Positions 39,851 through 50,457 of a stretch of DNA of 64,000 nt are shown piece by piece. Origin of the DNA: Dictyostelium discoideum. Taxonomy: Eukaryota. The notes beneath the pieces are model-generated. The model had not been told where the DNA came from and made no database searches. It was given only the letters and a program-made list of their open reading frames with translations. The translations under genes and the position numbers were made by a program. Numbering within the stretch: position 1 is the stretch's first letter; every line of letters starts with the position of its first letter. The stretch covers positions 4,928,001 to 4,992,000 of the forward strand of contig CM000151.3 of the NCBI GenBank assembly GCA_000004695.1. Direction: 5' to 3'.

Positions 39851-42800
39851 TTAATAATTAATTGGTGGTGTAATTGTTGGAATTGGTTCATTTGTGTTTA
39901 TGCTCCATTCTTTTTTAAATTTTTTGATGGTTTCGGACCATTGGGTTTCTTTTTGAGTTTTTGTGAGGTTGTTTTTAATTGAGAATTGGTTAAAGTTTGA
40001 TAACCTTCTTGAATATTCCAATCTTATTAGCTTGTGCCATTTTGATTTTAATATATCATAATCTAGTGTTGTGTTGTTTATTTGGTTGTTCCAATTGTCA
40101 ATTGATTGAGTTATATTGATGTCAAATAATGATTTGCATAACCATATCCATATTTGGTGAATAACTAATGAGATTATGTTCCAATATGCATGTGTTCTGA
40201 CTAGATCAAGATTTGTGTTTATATAATTCCAGTTGAACCTGTATTTTTTATATTGTGCGTTTTCTGCAAAATGAAAATTAATATTGATAGTTGGATCTGG
40301 TTTAAATGCTTTGTTGTTTGTTTGTGGTTTATAAATGAGTGTGTATAATTTTGTTGTTTGGTTTTTTGTTAGTGACCAGTTTTTGTTTCCATTGCAATTT
40401 TTATATATAAAATATTTTAATTTGTCGTGGTTAATGAAGTTGATTGTGTGCTGACAATTGAAAAACAAATGACCATAGGGATCATTATTCATTTCATTGT
40501 TGCAAATGGGGCAAACTTTGTTGTGTAGATGATTAATCGGAAGACATCTAGCATGGAATCTTTGCATTGTATCTCGGCCTTTTGGATCTTTTAATTTTTG
40601 AATTTTGACAAAAAGTTGGTCGTATGTGTATTTCCATAATAGTTGTATTGATTGTTGGTGCGAAGTAAGAAGTAGATCTGAATATTTCTTGCCAATATAG
40701 TCTTTTGATTTGCATTGGTGATTGTTTAGTATTGTCGAGTAGATTTCTTTGAGTGTTGGTGGTAGTGAAATATTATTTGTGTTTAATGTTTGAGAGGGTT
40801 GGTTTTTTGTTAATATTGGTTGTAGGATTTGAACTTTATCTTTTAGATGTCCAATTTGAGTTGCATAGTTTTCCCATTCTTTTTTTATTTTTATAAGGTA
40901 TGGAGAAGAGATTGATTTGTTGATGATTTGATCCATCCAACTTATCATGTATATTGAATTGTTTGCAGATTTATGCATTTGTAAAAATCTGTTGTATATC
41001 CAAATCTTTTGAGCAACTTGTCGTAATTGGATATTCCACATACCCCAACCTCCTTCTTTTAATGGTTTTAATGATCTATCATAACACATCAAAGGTATTT
41101 TTGCACGTGAATGGATGGTTGATGTGTTGTTTTCAATGGAATTGGTATCGAGAGTTGGTGATTCAGAATTTGCGGGAGAATTCATAAACCATGAGATTAA
41201 TTTATTAATTTGAATTTCTTCATCTTTTTTGGTTATTGGAATTCTTTTTGATTGTGGAATGTTGTTTATTATGTGTTTATCAGTGATTTTGTGGGGGTTG
41301 ATTTCTATTATTGCACTTTTGTCAAAATTTAAAGATGATGATGTTGAAGCGCAGAAATTATCGAAATGTTTGATTGATTGTTGTTGTTGTTCGTAGTTGA
41401 TGTTGTATGTTGTAGAGTCGTCTGCAAATTGGGTAAATTTGATTTTAATTTGTGGATTGGGTGAAATTGGTAATCCAATTATTGAATTGTCTGCATTTAT
41501 TGTTCTTGCTAATATTTCAATTACAATTACAAATAAAGTGGCTGAGATTGGGTCACCTTGTTTTACACCTCTTTTAATATCGAATTTTCTGGTCGTTTTA
41601 CCATTAATTGAAATTTTTGCTTGTGAGTCAGATAATAGCTTGTGGATTAAATTTATTAATTTTATTGGTATACCAATATGAATTAATGTTCTTTTAATGC
41701 TATCGTGAGAGATAGAATCAAATGCTTTAAAGAAGTCAAATAGTGTGATGATACCAGGGAGGTTTTTAGATTTGAGGTAATTGATTAATTCATTGATGTT
41801 GATGATGTTGTCTATGATGAATCTGTGGGGTACGAAACCAGTTTGGTTGTTGTTGATGATGAAAGGAAGTATTCTCAGAAGACGTGCATTGATTACTTTT
41901 GAGAGGATCTTGTAATCAGTGTTTAGAAGTGTAATGGGACGACGATTTGATATGAGTAAGGGGTTGCCTTTCTTGTATATTGTGTGTATAAGACCTTCGG
42001 TGAATTCTGTTGTGATGTGGTGAGGATTTTCTAGTATATCGTTGAATAATGTAGTGAGAATTGGTTTAACTTGGTTTAAATGATTAATGTAGAATGCGTT
42101 TGTAACGCCATCTGGACCGGGTGATTTGTTGGGGTTACAGGTTTTAATTGCAGCTTCAACTTCATCTTGTATAAATGGTGAGTCTAAACCATTCCAATAT
42201 TCATTTTTTATGATGGGCCATGTGTTTAGCATGAGCTGGTGAGTAATTGGACAACATATTTGTAAGCTATATAGATTTGTGTAGAATTCAACAAACGCAT
42301 TTTCAATTTGGTCGGGGTCGGATGTAATTATGTTACCATATTGGATTGATTCAATTTTTGCATCTTTTGATCTTTTGTTTAGTATTGCTGATAGATACTT
42401 GCTAGGTATTTCTCCATTTATATGTTTTTTTAATATGTTTGTGTGGTTTTGATGTAATTTGTTTTTGTTACATATAATATTGTATTCAGCGATGCATTGT
42501 TCTTCAAGATGTTTGAATTTTGCTGCTTTTTCTAATAGTATTTGTTTTGCACGTTGAGTTTGTTTGTCTTTGTTATATTGATAGTTTTTTAGAGTTTTAA
42601 TAATTTTTGATTTTACTTTTGACCAGTTTGTAAATTGATTGATTGATGTGTTATTGTGATTAGTTATTAAATGATTGATAATATTGATTGCTTCATGGTC
42701 ATTTGCAGTACCAGGTGATAATATCCATCTTTTCTTATGTTTATTTATTTGAAAAGGTGAAGAAATTGTTGTTGATATTGGATTATGATCTGATAATGAA

Positions 42801-43477
42801 GATGGAATTTGGTGGACTTGTGTATATATATTTTCAGGGTCTATTCTATTGTATTGAGTATATATTCTATCTAATCTGTTGCCATGTGTATGAGTTGGAG
42901 TGTTTTTAAATTCACCTTGATCAATTAGATGGTGTTGGTATGTGTAGGATTGGATAATATCGTCTAATAGTGAATTGTCGTTGTGGATACAGTTGAAATC
43001 TCCTGCGATAATAGATACATGTTGGGATTGGTTTGGTATTGGGTTTGTTGAGTGGTTGTGGAGAAGTGTTTGTAGTGAAGTTGCATATGAATTCTTTTTG
43101 ATGGTATTATTTGATGCTGGTGCGTAAATTCCAAGAATACCAATTGGTAATTGATTTGGAAATATAACGTCTGCTAAAATAGCTCTACCATCAATTGTTG
43201 ATATGTGTTTGAGTTTGAGTGTGTTTGGGTTATGGTTAATGATGATTACACCATTTCCTCGTTTGGTGACAGAGATGATGTGATCGGGAAAATCATGTTT
43301 AAGTTGTAATGGTGATAAATTGAGTTCAGTGAGTATTGAGATTGTTGGACGAGGTGGAAGTTTTGATATAAGTAGTTGTAGTGTGTCAACAGCTTTTTGG
43401 TAGGAATTGTGTTGATTGTTTGGGTTTTCAGTGAATCCTCTACAATTCCATGTTATAAAGTTGATTTTTGAGCTCAT
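39851..43477 (-). CDS. TRE ORF2: apurinic-like endonuclease plus reverse transcriptase, 1208 aa.
   Basis: The N-terminal EN domain (ITWNCRGF..., ...AGDFNCIHND...) and the RT motifs (ITLFDFFKAFDSISHD, FADDSTTY) are present, followed by a C-terminal Cys-rich region. Its ATG overlaps the stop of the preceding ORF as ATGA. Confidence 0.85.
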   Translation of the reverse strand: MSSKINFITWNCRGFTENPNNQHNSYQKAVDTLQLLISKLPPRPTISILTELNLSPLQLKHDFPDHIISVTKRGNGVIIINHNPNTLKLKHISTIDGRAILADVIFPNQLPIGILGIYAPASNNTIKKNSYATSLQTLLHNHSTNPIPNQSQHVSIIAGDFNCIHNDNSLLDDIIQSYTYQHHLIDQGEFKNTPTHTHGNRLDRIYTQYNRIDPENIYTQVHQIPSSLSDHNPISTTISSPFQINKHKKRWILSPGTANDHEAINIINHLITNHNNTSINQFTNWSKVKSKIIKTLKNYQYNKDKQTQRAKQILLEKAAKFKHLEEQCIAEYNIICNKNKLHQNHTNILKKHINGEIPSKYLSAILNKRSKDAKIESIQYGNIITSDPDQIENAFVEFYTNLYSLQICCPITHQLMLNTWPIIKNEYWNGLDSPFIQDEVEAAIKTCNPNKSPGPDGVTNAFYINHLNQVKPILTTLFNDILENPHHITTEFTEGLIHTIYKKGNPLLISNRRPITLLNTDYKILSKVINARLLRILPFIINNNQTGFVPHRFIIDNIININELINYLKSKNLPGIITLFDFFKAFDSISHDSIKRTLIHIGIPIKLINLIHKLLSDSQAKISINGKTTRKFDIKRGVKQGDPISATLFVIVIEILARTINADNSIIGLPISPNPQIKIKFTQFADDSTTYNINYEQQQQSIKHFDNFCASTSSSLNFDKSAIIEINPHKITDKHIINNIPQSKRIPITKKDEEIQINKLISWFMNSPANSESPTLDTNSIENNTSTIHSRAKIPLMCYDRSLKPLKEGGWGMWNIQLRQVAQKIWIYNRFLQMHKSANNSIYMISWMDQIINKSISSPYLIKIKKEWENYATQIGHLKDKVQILQPILTKNQPSQTLNTNNISLPPTLKEIYSTILNNHQCKSKDYIGKKYSDLLLTSHQQSIQLLWKYTYDQLFVKIQKLKDPKGRDTMQRFHARCLPINHLHNKVCPICNNEMNNDPYGHLFFNCQHTINFINHDKLKYFIYKNCNGNKNWSLTKNQTTKLYTLIYKPQTNNKAFKPDPTININFHFAENAQYKKYRFNWNYINTNLDLVRTHAYWNIISLVIHQIWIWLCKSLFDINITQSIDNWNNQINNTTLDYDILKSKWHKLIRLEYSRRLSNFNQFSIKNNLTKTQKETQWSETIKKFKKEWSINTNEPIPTITPPINY

Positions 43478-44013
43478 ACCTTACTAGGTTTGGCAGCACC
43501 AGTATTGACTGGTTGTGTAGTCAGGGCATTGCTGCTTCTTCTTGTATTTATTGGATTTGGAGTTGGTGCACTTGGTTTGTTTGGTTGAGATTGTAGAGGT
43601 TTTTGTGGTACAATTGTTGGATCGGTTGGATTGCTCATTGATAATGAGTTTTTCCCGTTATTATTATTTGAAGAATCACTTTTGTGTGAAATTTCATTAT
43701 TGTTTTGGGATTGATTGTTAATATCAAGTGATTCATTTAGTATAGCTTTTGAACCACTATTTTGAAGTGAGTTTTTATTGCGATTGGAATTTGCAATTTC
43801 GTTGATTGGTGGGGTGTTAATGTTGTTTTTTGGTGGTTGATTGTTTTTGTTCATGTTTGGGTTTGTGATGGCATTTTTTATAGTTGTTGCCATATCTGCA
43901 TTTTTTGCATGTTGAATTTTGTGTTTAGTGACACTACGTGTTGCAGCTTTGATATATCTTGTGATACCAGATGGTTGTTCGATCTTTTGATCAACAATGT
44001 TGTGTGTGATCAA
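43474..44013 (-). CDS. TRE middle ORF, 179 aa. A basic, Asn/Pro-rich protein.
   Basis: It overlaps the ORF1 end by 23 nt and the ORF2 start by 4 nt. The same arrangement is conserved in the fragment copies at 54054..54374 and 54366..54698. Confidence 0.6.
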   Translation of the reverse strand: MITHNIVDQKIEQPSGITRYIKAATRSVTKHKIQHAKNADMATTIKNAITNPNMNKNNQPPKNNINTPPINEIANSNRNKNSLQNSGSKAILNESLDINNQSQNNNEISHKSDSSNNNNGKNSLSMSNPTDPTIVPQKPLQSQPNKPSAPTPNPINTRRSSNALTTQPVNTGAAKPSKV

Positions 44014-44680
44014 TTAGATGATATGTTATAATGTAGCTTTTAAACGCAACAGCATATGAGTATGTGACAGTAAATGATTCAATTGATGTACAACTGGTGA
44101 ATTTAGTGAGGTTGTTTGTAATTGCATCGTTTGCATGTTTGGGTGAGTACGTTTTAATGAATGTTTTAATGATTGCATAATCATTTGATGATATATCGAA
44201 TCTATAGTTGAGTTTGTCGATATTTAGTGCAAGTTGGTTTTGAAGGTTGATTATTGAAGTTAATTTATCAACGTTGCAATTTACGAAGGCAGTTGCACCA
44301 ATTATTTTGAATGCTGATGGCGACAGTATATCTTCGAAGAGTTTGTGAATGTTTTTGTGAATTTGTTGAATTCTTGTGTCATCTTTTGAGGTTAATTCTT
44401 CACGGATGTGTGGTTGATTAAAGTAACACTTAATGTTGATGGTGTTATTGTTTTTTTCTAAGAAAGAGAGTGGTCTTGTGATTGATGGAGGTGCAATGAT
44501 ATCTAATTGATTATCAAGTCCTTTGTTTAGTGAGAGTTGGTTTGTTGGGGTTTGTTTTTTAGGTGTGTCGATTTTTACACTTTTGTTTTTTGTTGTTGAG
44601 GTTGTGGAGGTATTATTTGTATTTGTTGTGTTGTTATCTGTATGATTTAACTGTAATTCAGTTGAGTGATCATCAGCCAT
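43991..44680 (-). CDS. TRE ORF1, 229 aa.
   Basis: The start MADDHSTELQLNH... is repeated, near-identical, at 53780..54076 (plus strand) and in the inverted copy. Confidence 0.7.
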   Translation of the reverse strand: MADDHSTELQLNHTDNNTTNTNNTSTTSTTKNKSVKIDTPKKQTPTNQLSLNKGLDNQLDIIAPPSITRPLSFLEKNNNTINIKCYFNQPHIREELTSKDDTRIQQIHKNIHKLFEDILSPSAFKIIGATAFVNCNVDKLTSIINLQNQLALNIDKLNYRFDISSNDYAIIKTFIKTYSPKHANDAITNNLTKFTSCTSIESFTVTYSYAVAFKSYIITYHLIDHTQHC

Positions 44681-44877
44681 TGTTGAAAAGTATATAGGAC
44701 GATAGCCCTTGCTTTAATGAGCAAAAATAGGGTAAAATTAAGAGGAATGAATGTGGCGGTGAAGATATAACAGTGATTTATTTATTATATGTATAAATTC
44801 TCGTTTATTTCTTTGTTTTTTCGGTTTTTTGTTTTTTCAATCGAAGTTCGAATTTAGTGAAATTTCTAAAAAAGAAA

Positions 44878-44950
44878 TGTCAAGTCAGAGGATCGAACTC
44901 TGGACCTTAGGATTATGAGACCTACGCTCTACCAACTGAGCCAACCTGAC
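44878..44950 (-). tRNA. tRNA-Met (anticodon CAU), 73 nt.
   Basis: The reverse complement GTCAGGTTGGCTCAGTTGGTAGAGCGTAGGTCTCATAATCCTAAGGTCCAGAGTTCGATCCTCTGACTTGACA folds as a cloverleaf. The acceptor is GTCAGGT/ACTTGAC with one G-U pair. The anticodon loop is CUCAUAA, and GTTCGATCC forms the T-arm. Confidence 0.85.
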
Positions 44951-44956
44951 ATGTTG

Positions 44957-45348
44957 ATATTTTTTGTAATAAAGTTACTCTATAAAATTAATAGATATTA
45001 AATATGCATATTACATTACTAATTATAGTTGACACACATTTAAATAATATAATAATAATAATAATAATAATAATACTGTCAACTCATTATGAATAATATA
45101 AATACTAAAGAATAATTTTATAAACAATATTGAATATTATAAATATAAATTAATATTAAATAAAGATAACAAAGTATTATTCAATTATATAATTATTAAT
45201 TATATATATTTATAAAGCTAACAAGCTTTATTACATTTGGCGACATCGTCTTTCAAAAAAAAAAAAAAAAAAAAATATACTATAAATATAAAGTTATCAA
45301 ATTATTCAATCAATTAAAATTTTACATTAGATTAAATTTAATTTAATA

Positions 45349-45437
<89 letters not shown>

Positions 45438-48400
45438 TTATTATGAAAACCGTATTTTTTTCGGGTAATGGAAAGGGTTAATCATTCTTTAATTTCAACC
45501 ACTAACTCTTATTAATTCATGGCGAGGAAATATCGAAAGCTGATATTATTAGAAAACTAAGAAACAATGCATTGGAATATGCCGCAACATTGGATACAGA
45601 CTTAACAGCAATGGAGATAATTGAAGATCTTAAAGATGCTTTTGATATTGGTGATAGTGATGATTTATCAGATTTAACAAAGTTAGGAGAATATAAATAC
45701 AATACATTAGATATATTAATTGGTAAATTTCTTTCAAAATGTTCAGCAGTTGATATTTCAGAAAAGTTTAAAATACAATTGTTTTATTCAGCTGTTGGTA
45801 TTGAATTGGGTATTGAAATTACAAAATGTGCACCAAAATCATTAAAAAGAGCAATAGACATTGCAAAGTCTTGTGAAGATGGTTCAATTCGTATGAGAGG
45901 TAGATCAATGTATACTGGTCAATTGGTTGCAAAAACATTACAAGAATTTGGAACTCAAAAGTATCTTGGTTCTGGATCTGGTTATACAACATCACCACAG
46001 TACGTTACATCTCAAACTGAACAATCTACTGAAACTGAAGTATTAGCAACTCCAATTTATAAAAATCAAACATATTCACCACCACCATCACCTTATAAAG
46101 CACCACAAAATCAAGTAAATTCAATCACAAAATTTTGTAAATATTGCAAAAAGAAAGGTCATGTAATTCAAGAGTGTTGGTCTAAAGATAAAAAGAATAA
46201 TTATAATGAGAATAAACAATCATATAATAATCATAGCACTAATGCAATTACAATGGTTAATGATAAAACGATTAATTCTATTGGAACTGATAGTATGAAT
46301 GCAGCATTATTAATAAATGATAAGAATGTTAGAGGTTTAGTTGATACTGGTTCTTCTCTTACCATCATTTGGGAAAGTATTGCTAAAAAATTAAATTTAA
46401 AAGTTGAAGGTAAATCATTTTCAGTTAATTCAGCATCAAATAATGAAATTAAGATAGTTGGTAGTTGTGATACCATAATTAAATTAGGTAAAGCATCCGC
46501 AAAAGTTAATGTTAATATTGTTAAAGATAATGATACTTCAATCGATTGCATTTTTGGTGTAGATACACTTATTGGATTGAAATTAATAATTGATTGCAAG
46601 GAAATGATCATTAAGAATCTTGAATTTAATGTTGGTACAAGATTAATCACCAGAGAAACCAAACCAATTGTTTGCAAAATTGATCTAAATATATTAGAAA
46701 AAGTATCAAAACCAATGGCTGAGTTATTAATCAAAAATGAAGAGATTTTTGAAACCAAATTGTCAAAACCAGGATCATTAATAGATGTTGAACATTCAAT
46801 TAAATTAACTGATGAAAATGTTTCTGTTTATACTCCACCATACAAAACTAGTCCAGCTGATAAAGAATTCATTGAAGAATACATTAAAGATGCATTAGAT
46901 AAAGGTATAATCGAGAAATCAGATTCATCACAATACGGTTCTCCAATAGTCTTATCCAGAAAGAATGATAAAATTAGATTTTGTGTTAATTATAAAAAAC
47001 TAAATGACCTCACAATTAAAGATAGATATCCACTTCCATTAATTTCTGATTGTTGGTATTATCTCAAAGATGCAAAAGTTTTCTCAAAAATTGATCTTAC
47101 TTCTGGTTATTATCAAATCAAAATGAAAGAAGAGGACAAGGATAAAACAACCTTTGTCTCTCATATGGGTCAATTTAGATATGTTGTAATGCCATTTGGA
47201 TTATGTAATGCACCAGCAACTTTTCAAAGATACATGAATGAATTATTAAAGGATGAATTAAGAAAAAGTAATATTGGGTTTATTGACGATTGTATAATTT
47301 ATAGCAAGAATAATGAATATCATATTGAACATGTCAAACTATTATTCGAAAAATTCAAAGAAAAAGGTGCAAAGTTACAAATAACTAAATGTGAGTTTGA
47401 AAAAGAAGAGATCAAGTTTTTGGGATATATCGTTTCAAAGAATGGTATTACTTATGATAGTTCAAAGTTTAATGAATTATTAAAAACACCACCTCCATCA
47501 AATCAAAAAGAATTAATGAAATTACTCGGTACTGTCAATTACTTTAGAACATTCATTAAAAATTTCACTCATTTAACTTCATCATTTTATCCACTATTAA
47601 AGAAGGGTGTTAATTTCAAATGGACTGATGAATTGGAAAATGATCGTGTAAAATTATTTACTACATTAGCACAAACTAATCTTTTAAGTTTTCCACAAGA
47701 TACAGATGATAATGTTATTGAAACTGATGCTTCAATTATTGGTATTGGTGGTGTAATGATTCAAAATGGTAAACCAGTTTCTTATTATTCAAGAACATTA
47801 AACAACGCTGAAAAGAATTATTCTGTTACTGAAAGAGAATGTTTGGCAATCATTGAATCAATTAAATATTTTAAATCCTATATCAATGGTAGAAAAGTAA
47901 AAATCATCACTGATCATCAACCTTTGAAATATCTCTTAACTGGTAAATTTACTGATCGTATTACAAGATGGACTGTATTACTTCAAGAGTATAATTACGA
48001 AATTATATATAGACCTGGTAAAGAAAACTTTTTAGCTGATGCATTATCAAGATGTCCAGATAGAGATCAACAGCCAATTGATTGTGATATTCCAGAAAAG
48101 ATATTTACAATTACTCACTATCCAGTAGCTTCACCATCAACTACAATTTTACCAAGAGTCTTACCATCAAGATCAAATCAAACATCTAATGTTTCACCAG
48201 CTACAACAATTCAACCACCAAATTCATCAAGTTCAAATCAATCATCAAATATCCCACCAACAACAAACCAATCATCAAATATTACAAATCAACCAATAAA
48301 TACTTCATCAATGAATTTAAATCAATCATTATCAAATCAAGCAACAACCGCTAGATTATTGAATAGTGTACCTATCTCAATCAACAATGATAATATTAAT

Positions 48401-50003
48401 ACAACAACTCCACAATTTACACAAGAGTCAATAAGAAAAGAGTTGGAAAAAGAAAATTATTATAGAGCAATGTATAAATATCTTGAAGAAACAAGACTTC
48501 CAGACAATGCACAAGCAGCAAGAAGAATTTTGTTCGAGTCTGAATTTTATTCAATGATTAATGGATTTCTTTGTCACGGTTTAAAACATACTTTATCAAG
48601 TAAGAAATCTCATTTTAAACATCTTCAAATTGTAGTTCCAAAAACTATGACTAAATGGATAATGGAAATATTTCATGATTCGCCACTTACTGGAGGACAT
48701 TTTGGATTATTAAAAACTGTCGCAAAAATCAAAGAAAGATTCTATTGGATTGGTATGATTAAGGATATAAAAGAATTTATCGATAAATGTACAACTTGTT
48801 TACAAATTAAAAGAAAGTATGGTCCAAAAGAAGGTTTACTCATTCCAATTGAGATTGAACCTGAACCATTTAATACAATTGGTATTGATTTTATTGGTCC
48901 AATTACAAAAGATAATGCTCAAGTTTATTTGTTGGTTGTTATGGATTATTTTACTAAATGGCCAGAAGTTTTCTTTACCCTTGATATGGAAGGGGAGACT
49001 GTAGCTCAATTATTGTTGTATGAAATCTATACTAGATATGGGGTTCCAAAGAAGTTGGTTTCTGATCGTGGTAAGAATTTTTTAAGTAATGTAGTCTCTG
49101 GTGTTAATAAATTATTCGGTGTTCACAAATTAACAACTACTGCTTATCACCCACAATGTGATGGTCAAACTGAAAATTTCAATAATACATTAATTAAGAT
49201 GCTCAAAGCTTTTATTGGTAATGAATTGTATGGCAATTGGGGTGAATTATTAAGATGTGTTTTATACTCATACAGAATTACACCACATGTTTCAACTGGT
49301 TTTTCACCCTTTTTCTTACTTTTTAATCGTCAACCAACTTTACCATTAGATACAACTTTAAATGTAAATTTTTATTCAAATTCACTAAGATTAGATTTCG
49401 CTGATAATTATGCACAATCCGTAAATAATAATCTTAAACGTGCCTTTTGGTTTACAAAGAATAATCTCGATAAAGCTCAAGAATTACAAAAAACAAATTA
49501 TGATAAAGGTCGTCGTCCAACAAATATTCAAACAGGTGATTTTGTTTATTTACATACACCATATTCACAAACTTCTATTGGTCCAAAGAAATTCTATAAA
49601 CCTTGGAGAGGTCCTTTTAAAGTTCAAGAAAAAGTTAGCGATGTTACATTCAAATTAGATATGGGTAATCTTAGAGATCATAAAGTAGTCAATATTGAAA
49701 GATTGAAAAAAATTTTCAACTAAAAGGGGGGGATATGTAATAAAGTTACTCTATAAAATTAATAGATATTAAATATGCATATTACATTACTAATTATAGT
49801 TGACACACATTTAAATAATATAATAATAATAATAATAATAATACTGTCAACTCATTATGAATAATATAAATACTAAAGAATAATTTTATAAACAATATTG
49901 AATATTATAAATATAAATTAATATTAAATAAAGATAACAAAGTATTATTCAATTATATAATTATTAATTATATATATTTATAAAGCTAACAAGCTTTATT
50001 ACA
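44957..50003 (+). mobile_element. Full-length Ty3/gypsy-type LTR retrotransposon (DGLT-A-like) inserted 6 bp upstream of the tRNA-Met gene. The two 268-bp LTRs are identical (44957..45224 and 49736..50003) and start TGTAATAAAG and end CTTTATTACA. A polypurine tract AAAAGGGGGGGG lies at 49723-49734.
   Basis: Direct comparison of the two LTR copies shows they are identical in my reading. The internal region is a single 1383-aa gag-pro-pol ORF. The putative primer-binding site TTGGCGACATCG lies directly 3' of the 5' LTR. Confidence 0.85.
45572..49723 (+). CDS. Gag-Pol polyprotein of the LTR element. It contains a CCHC zinc knuckle, an aspartic protease (LVDTGSS), a reverse transcriptase (YVVMPFGLCNAPATFQRYMN, FIDDCIIYS), RNase H and an integrase (HHCC...DxxE).
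   Basis: Canonical motifs are read directly from the ORF. The ORF is uninterrupted. Confidence 0.85.
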   Translation: MEYAATLDTDLTAMEIIEDLKDAFDIGDSDDLSDLTKLGEYKYNTLDILIGKFLSKCSAVDISEKFKIQLFYSAVGIELGIEITKCAPKSLKRAIDIAKSCEDGSIRMRGRSMYTGQLVAKTLQEFGTQKYLGSGSGYTTSPQYVTSQTEQSTETEVLATPIYKNQTYSPPPSPYKAPQNQVNSITKFCKYCKKKGHVIQECWSKDKKNNYNENKQSYNNHSTNAITMVNDKTINSIGTDSMNAALLINDKNVRGLVDTGSSLTIIWESIAKKLNLKVEGKSFSVNSASNNEIKIVGSCDTIIKLGKASAKVNVNIVKDNDTSIDCIFGVDTLIGLKLIIDCKEMIIKNLEFNVGTRLITRETKPIVCKIDLNILEKVSKPMAELLIKNEEIFETKLSKPGSLIDVEHSIKLTDENVSVYTPPYKTSPADKEFIEEYIKDALDKGIIEKSDSSQYGSPIVLSRKNDKIRFCVNYKKLNDLTIKDRYPLPLISDCWYYLKDAKVFSKIDLTSGYYQIKMKEEDKDKTTFVSHMGQFRYVVMPFGLCNAPATFQRYMNELLKDELRKSNIGFIDDCIIYSKNNEYHIEHVKLLFEKFKEKGAKLQITKCEFEKEEIKFLGYIVSKNGITYDSSKFNELLKTPPPSNQKELMKLLGTVNYFRTFIKNFTHLTSSFYPLLKKGVNFKWTDELENDRVKLFTTLAQTNLLSFPQDTDDNVIETDASIIGIGGVMIQNGKPVSYYSRTLNNAEKNYSVTERECLAIIESIKYFKSYINGRKVKIITDHQPLKYLLTGKFTDRITRWTVLLQEYNYEIIYRPGKENFLADALSRCPDRDQQPIDCDIPEKIFTITHYPVASPSTTILPRVLPSRSNQTSNVSPATTIQPPNSSSSNQSSNIPPTTNQSSNITNQPINTSSMNLNQSLSNQATTARLLNSVPISINNDNINTTTPQFTQESIRKELEKENYYRAMYKYLEETRLPDNAQAARRILFESEFYSMINGFLCHGLKHTLSSKKSHFKHLQIVVPKTMTKWIMEIFHDSPLTGGHFGLLKTVAKIKERFYWIGMIKDIKEFIDKCTTCLQIKRKYGPKEGLLIPIEIEPEPFNTIGIDFIGPITKDNAQVYLLVVMDYFTKWPEVFFTLDMEGETVAQLLLYEIYTRYGVPKKLVSDRGKNFLSNVVSGVNKLFGVHKLTTTAYHPQCDGQTENFNNTLIKMLKAFIGNELYGNWGELLRCVLYSYRITPHVSTGFSPFFLLFNRQPTLPLDTTLNVNFYSNSLRLDFADNYAQSVNNNLKRAFWFTKNNLDKAQELQKTNYDKGRRPTNIQTGDFVYLHTPYSQTSIGPKKFYKPWRGPFKVQEKVSDVTFKLDMGNLRDHKVVNIERLKKIFN

Positions 50004-50457
50004 TTTTGAAATATTTTTGAAATATTTTTGCACCATTACGTTTTATTTCCATTCCAAAAAAAAAAAACGTTTTATTTTTCATTGGGAAGAAACTAATAAT
50101 TGTGTTATCCAATTCAAAAAAGTATTTTTCATTTAAATTATTTTTTTTATATAATTCTACAGTATTTCATGAATGTTCATTTTTATTCTTTATTATTTTT
50201 TTTTTTTTAATTTTTAATTTTTTTTTTTTTTTTTTTTGAAAATTAAAATCAAAACCAAGATATTTTTTTTTTTTTCTTCCCTTATTTTTTTTTTTTTATT
50301 TTTATAACTATTCTTTAATAGAATTCTTTTTTTAAAAAAAAAGAACACCATGGAAGCTTTTTTGTTTTTTTTTTAAAAATGGATATAAATTATTATTTTT
50401 TTTTTTTAAAAAAATAAAACAAGATAATATCCAAAAATAAATAAAACAGAAAAAAAA

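Larger units (their letters stand above)
39721..44830 (-). mobile_element. Full-length non-LTR retrotransposon of the tRNA-gene-targeted TRE class. Its 5' end lies ~50 bp downstream of the tRNA-Met gene, which fits the downstream-integrating TRE3-type behaviour. It ends in poly(A), seen as a T22 run at 39721-39742 on the plus strand.
   Basis: It carries three ORFs (see the next entries). There is a poly-T tract on the plus strand at the 3' end. The 5' UTR recurs in a second copy at 55361-55500. The 3' boundary is ambiguous; there is an alternative T-run at 39597-39612. Confidence 0.75.
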
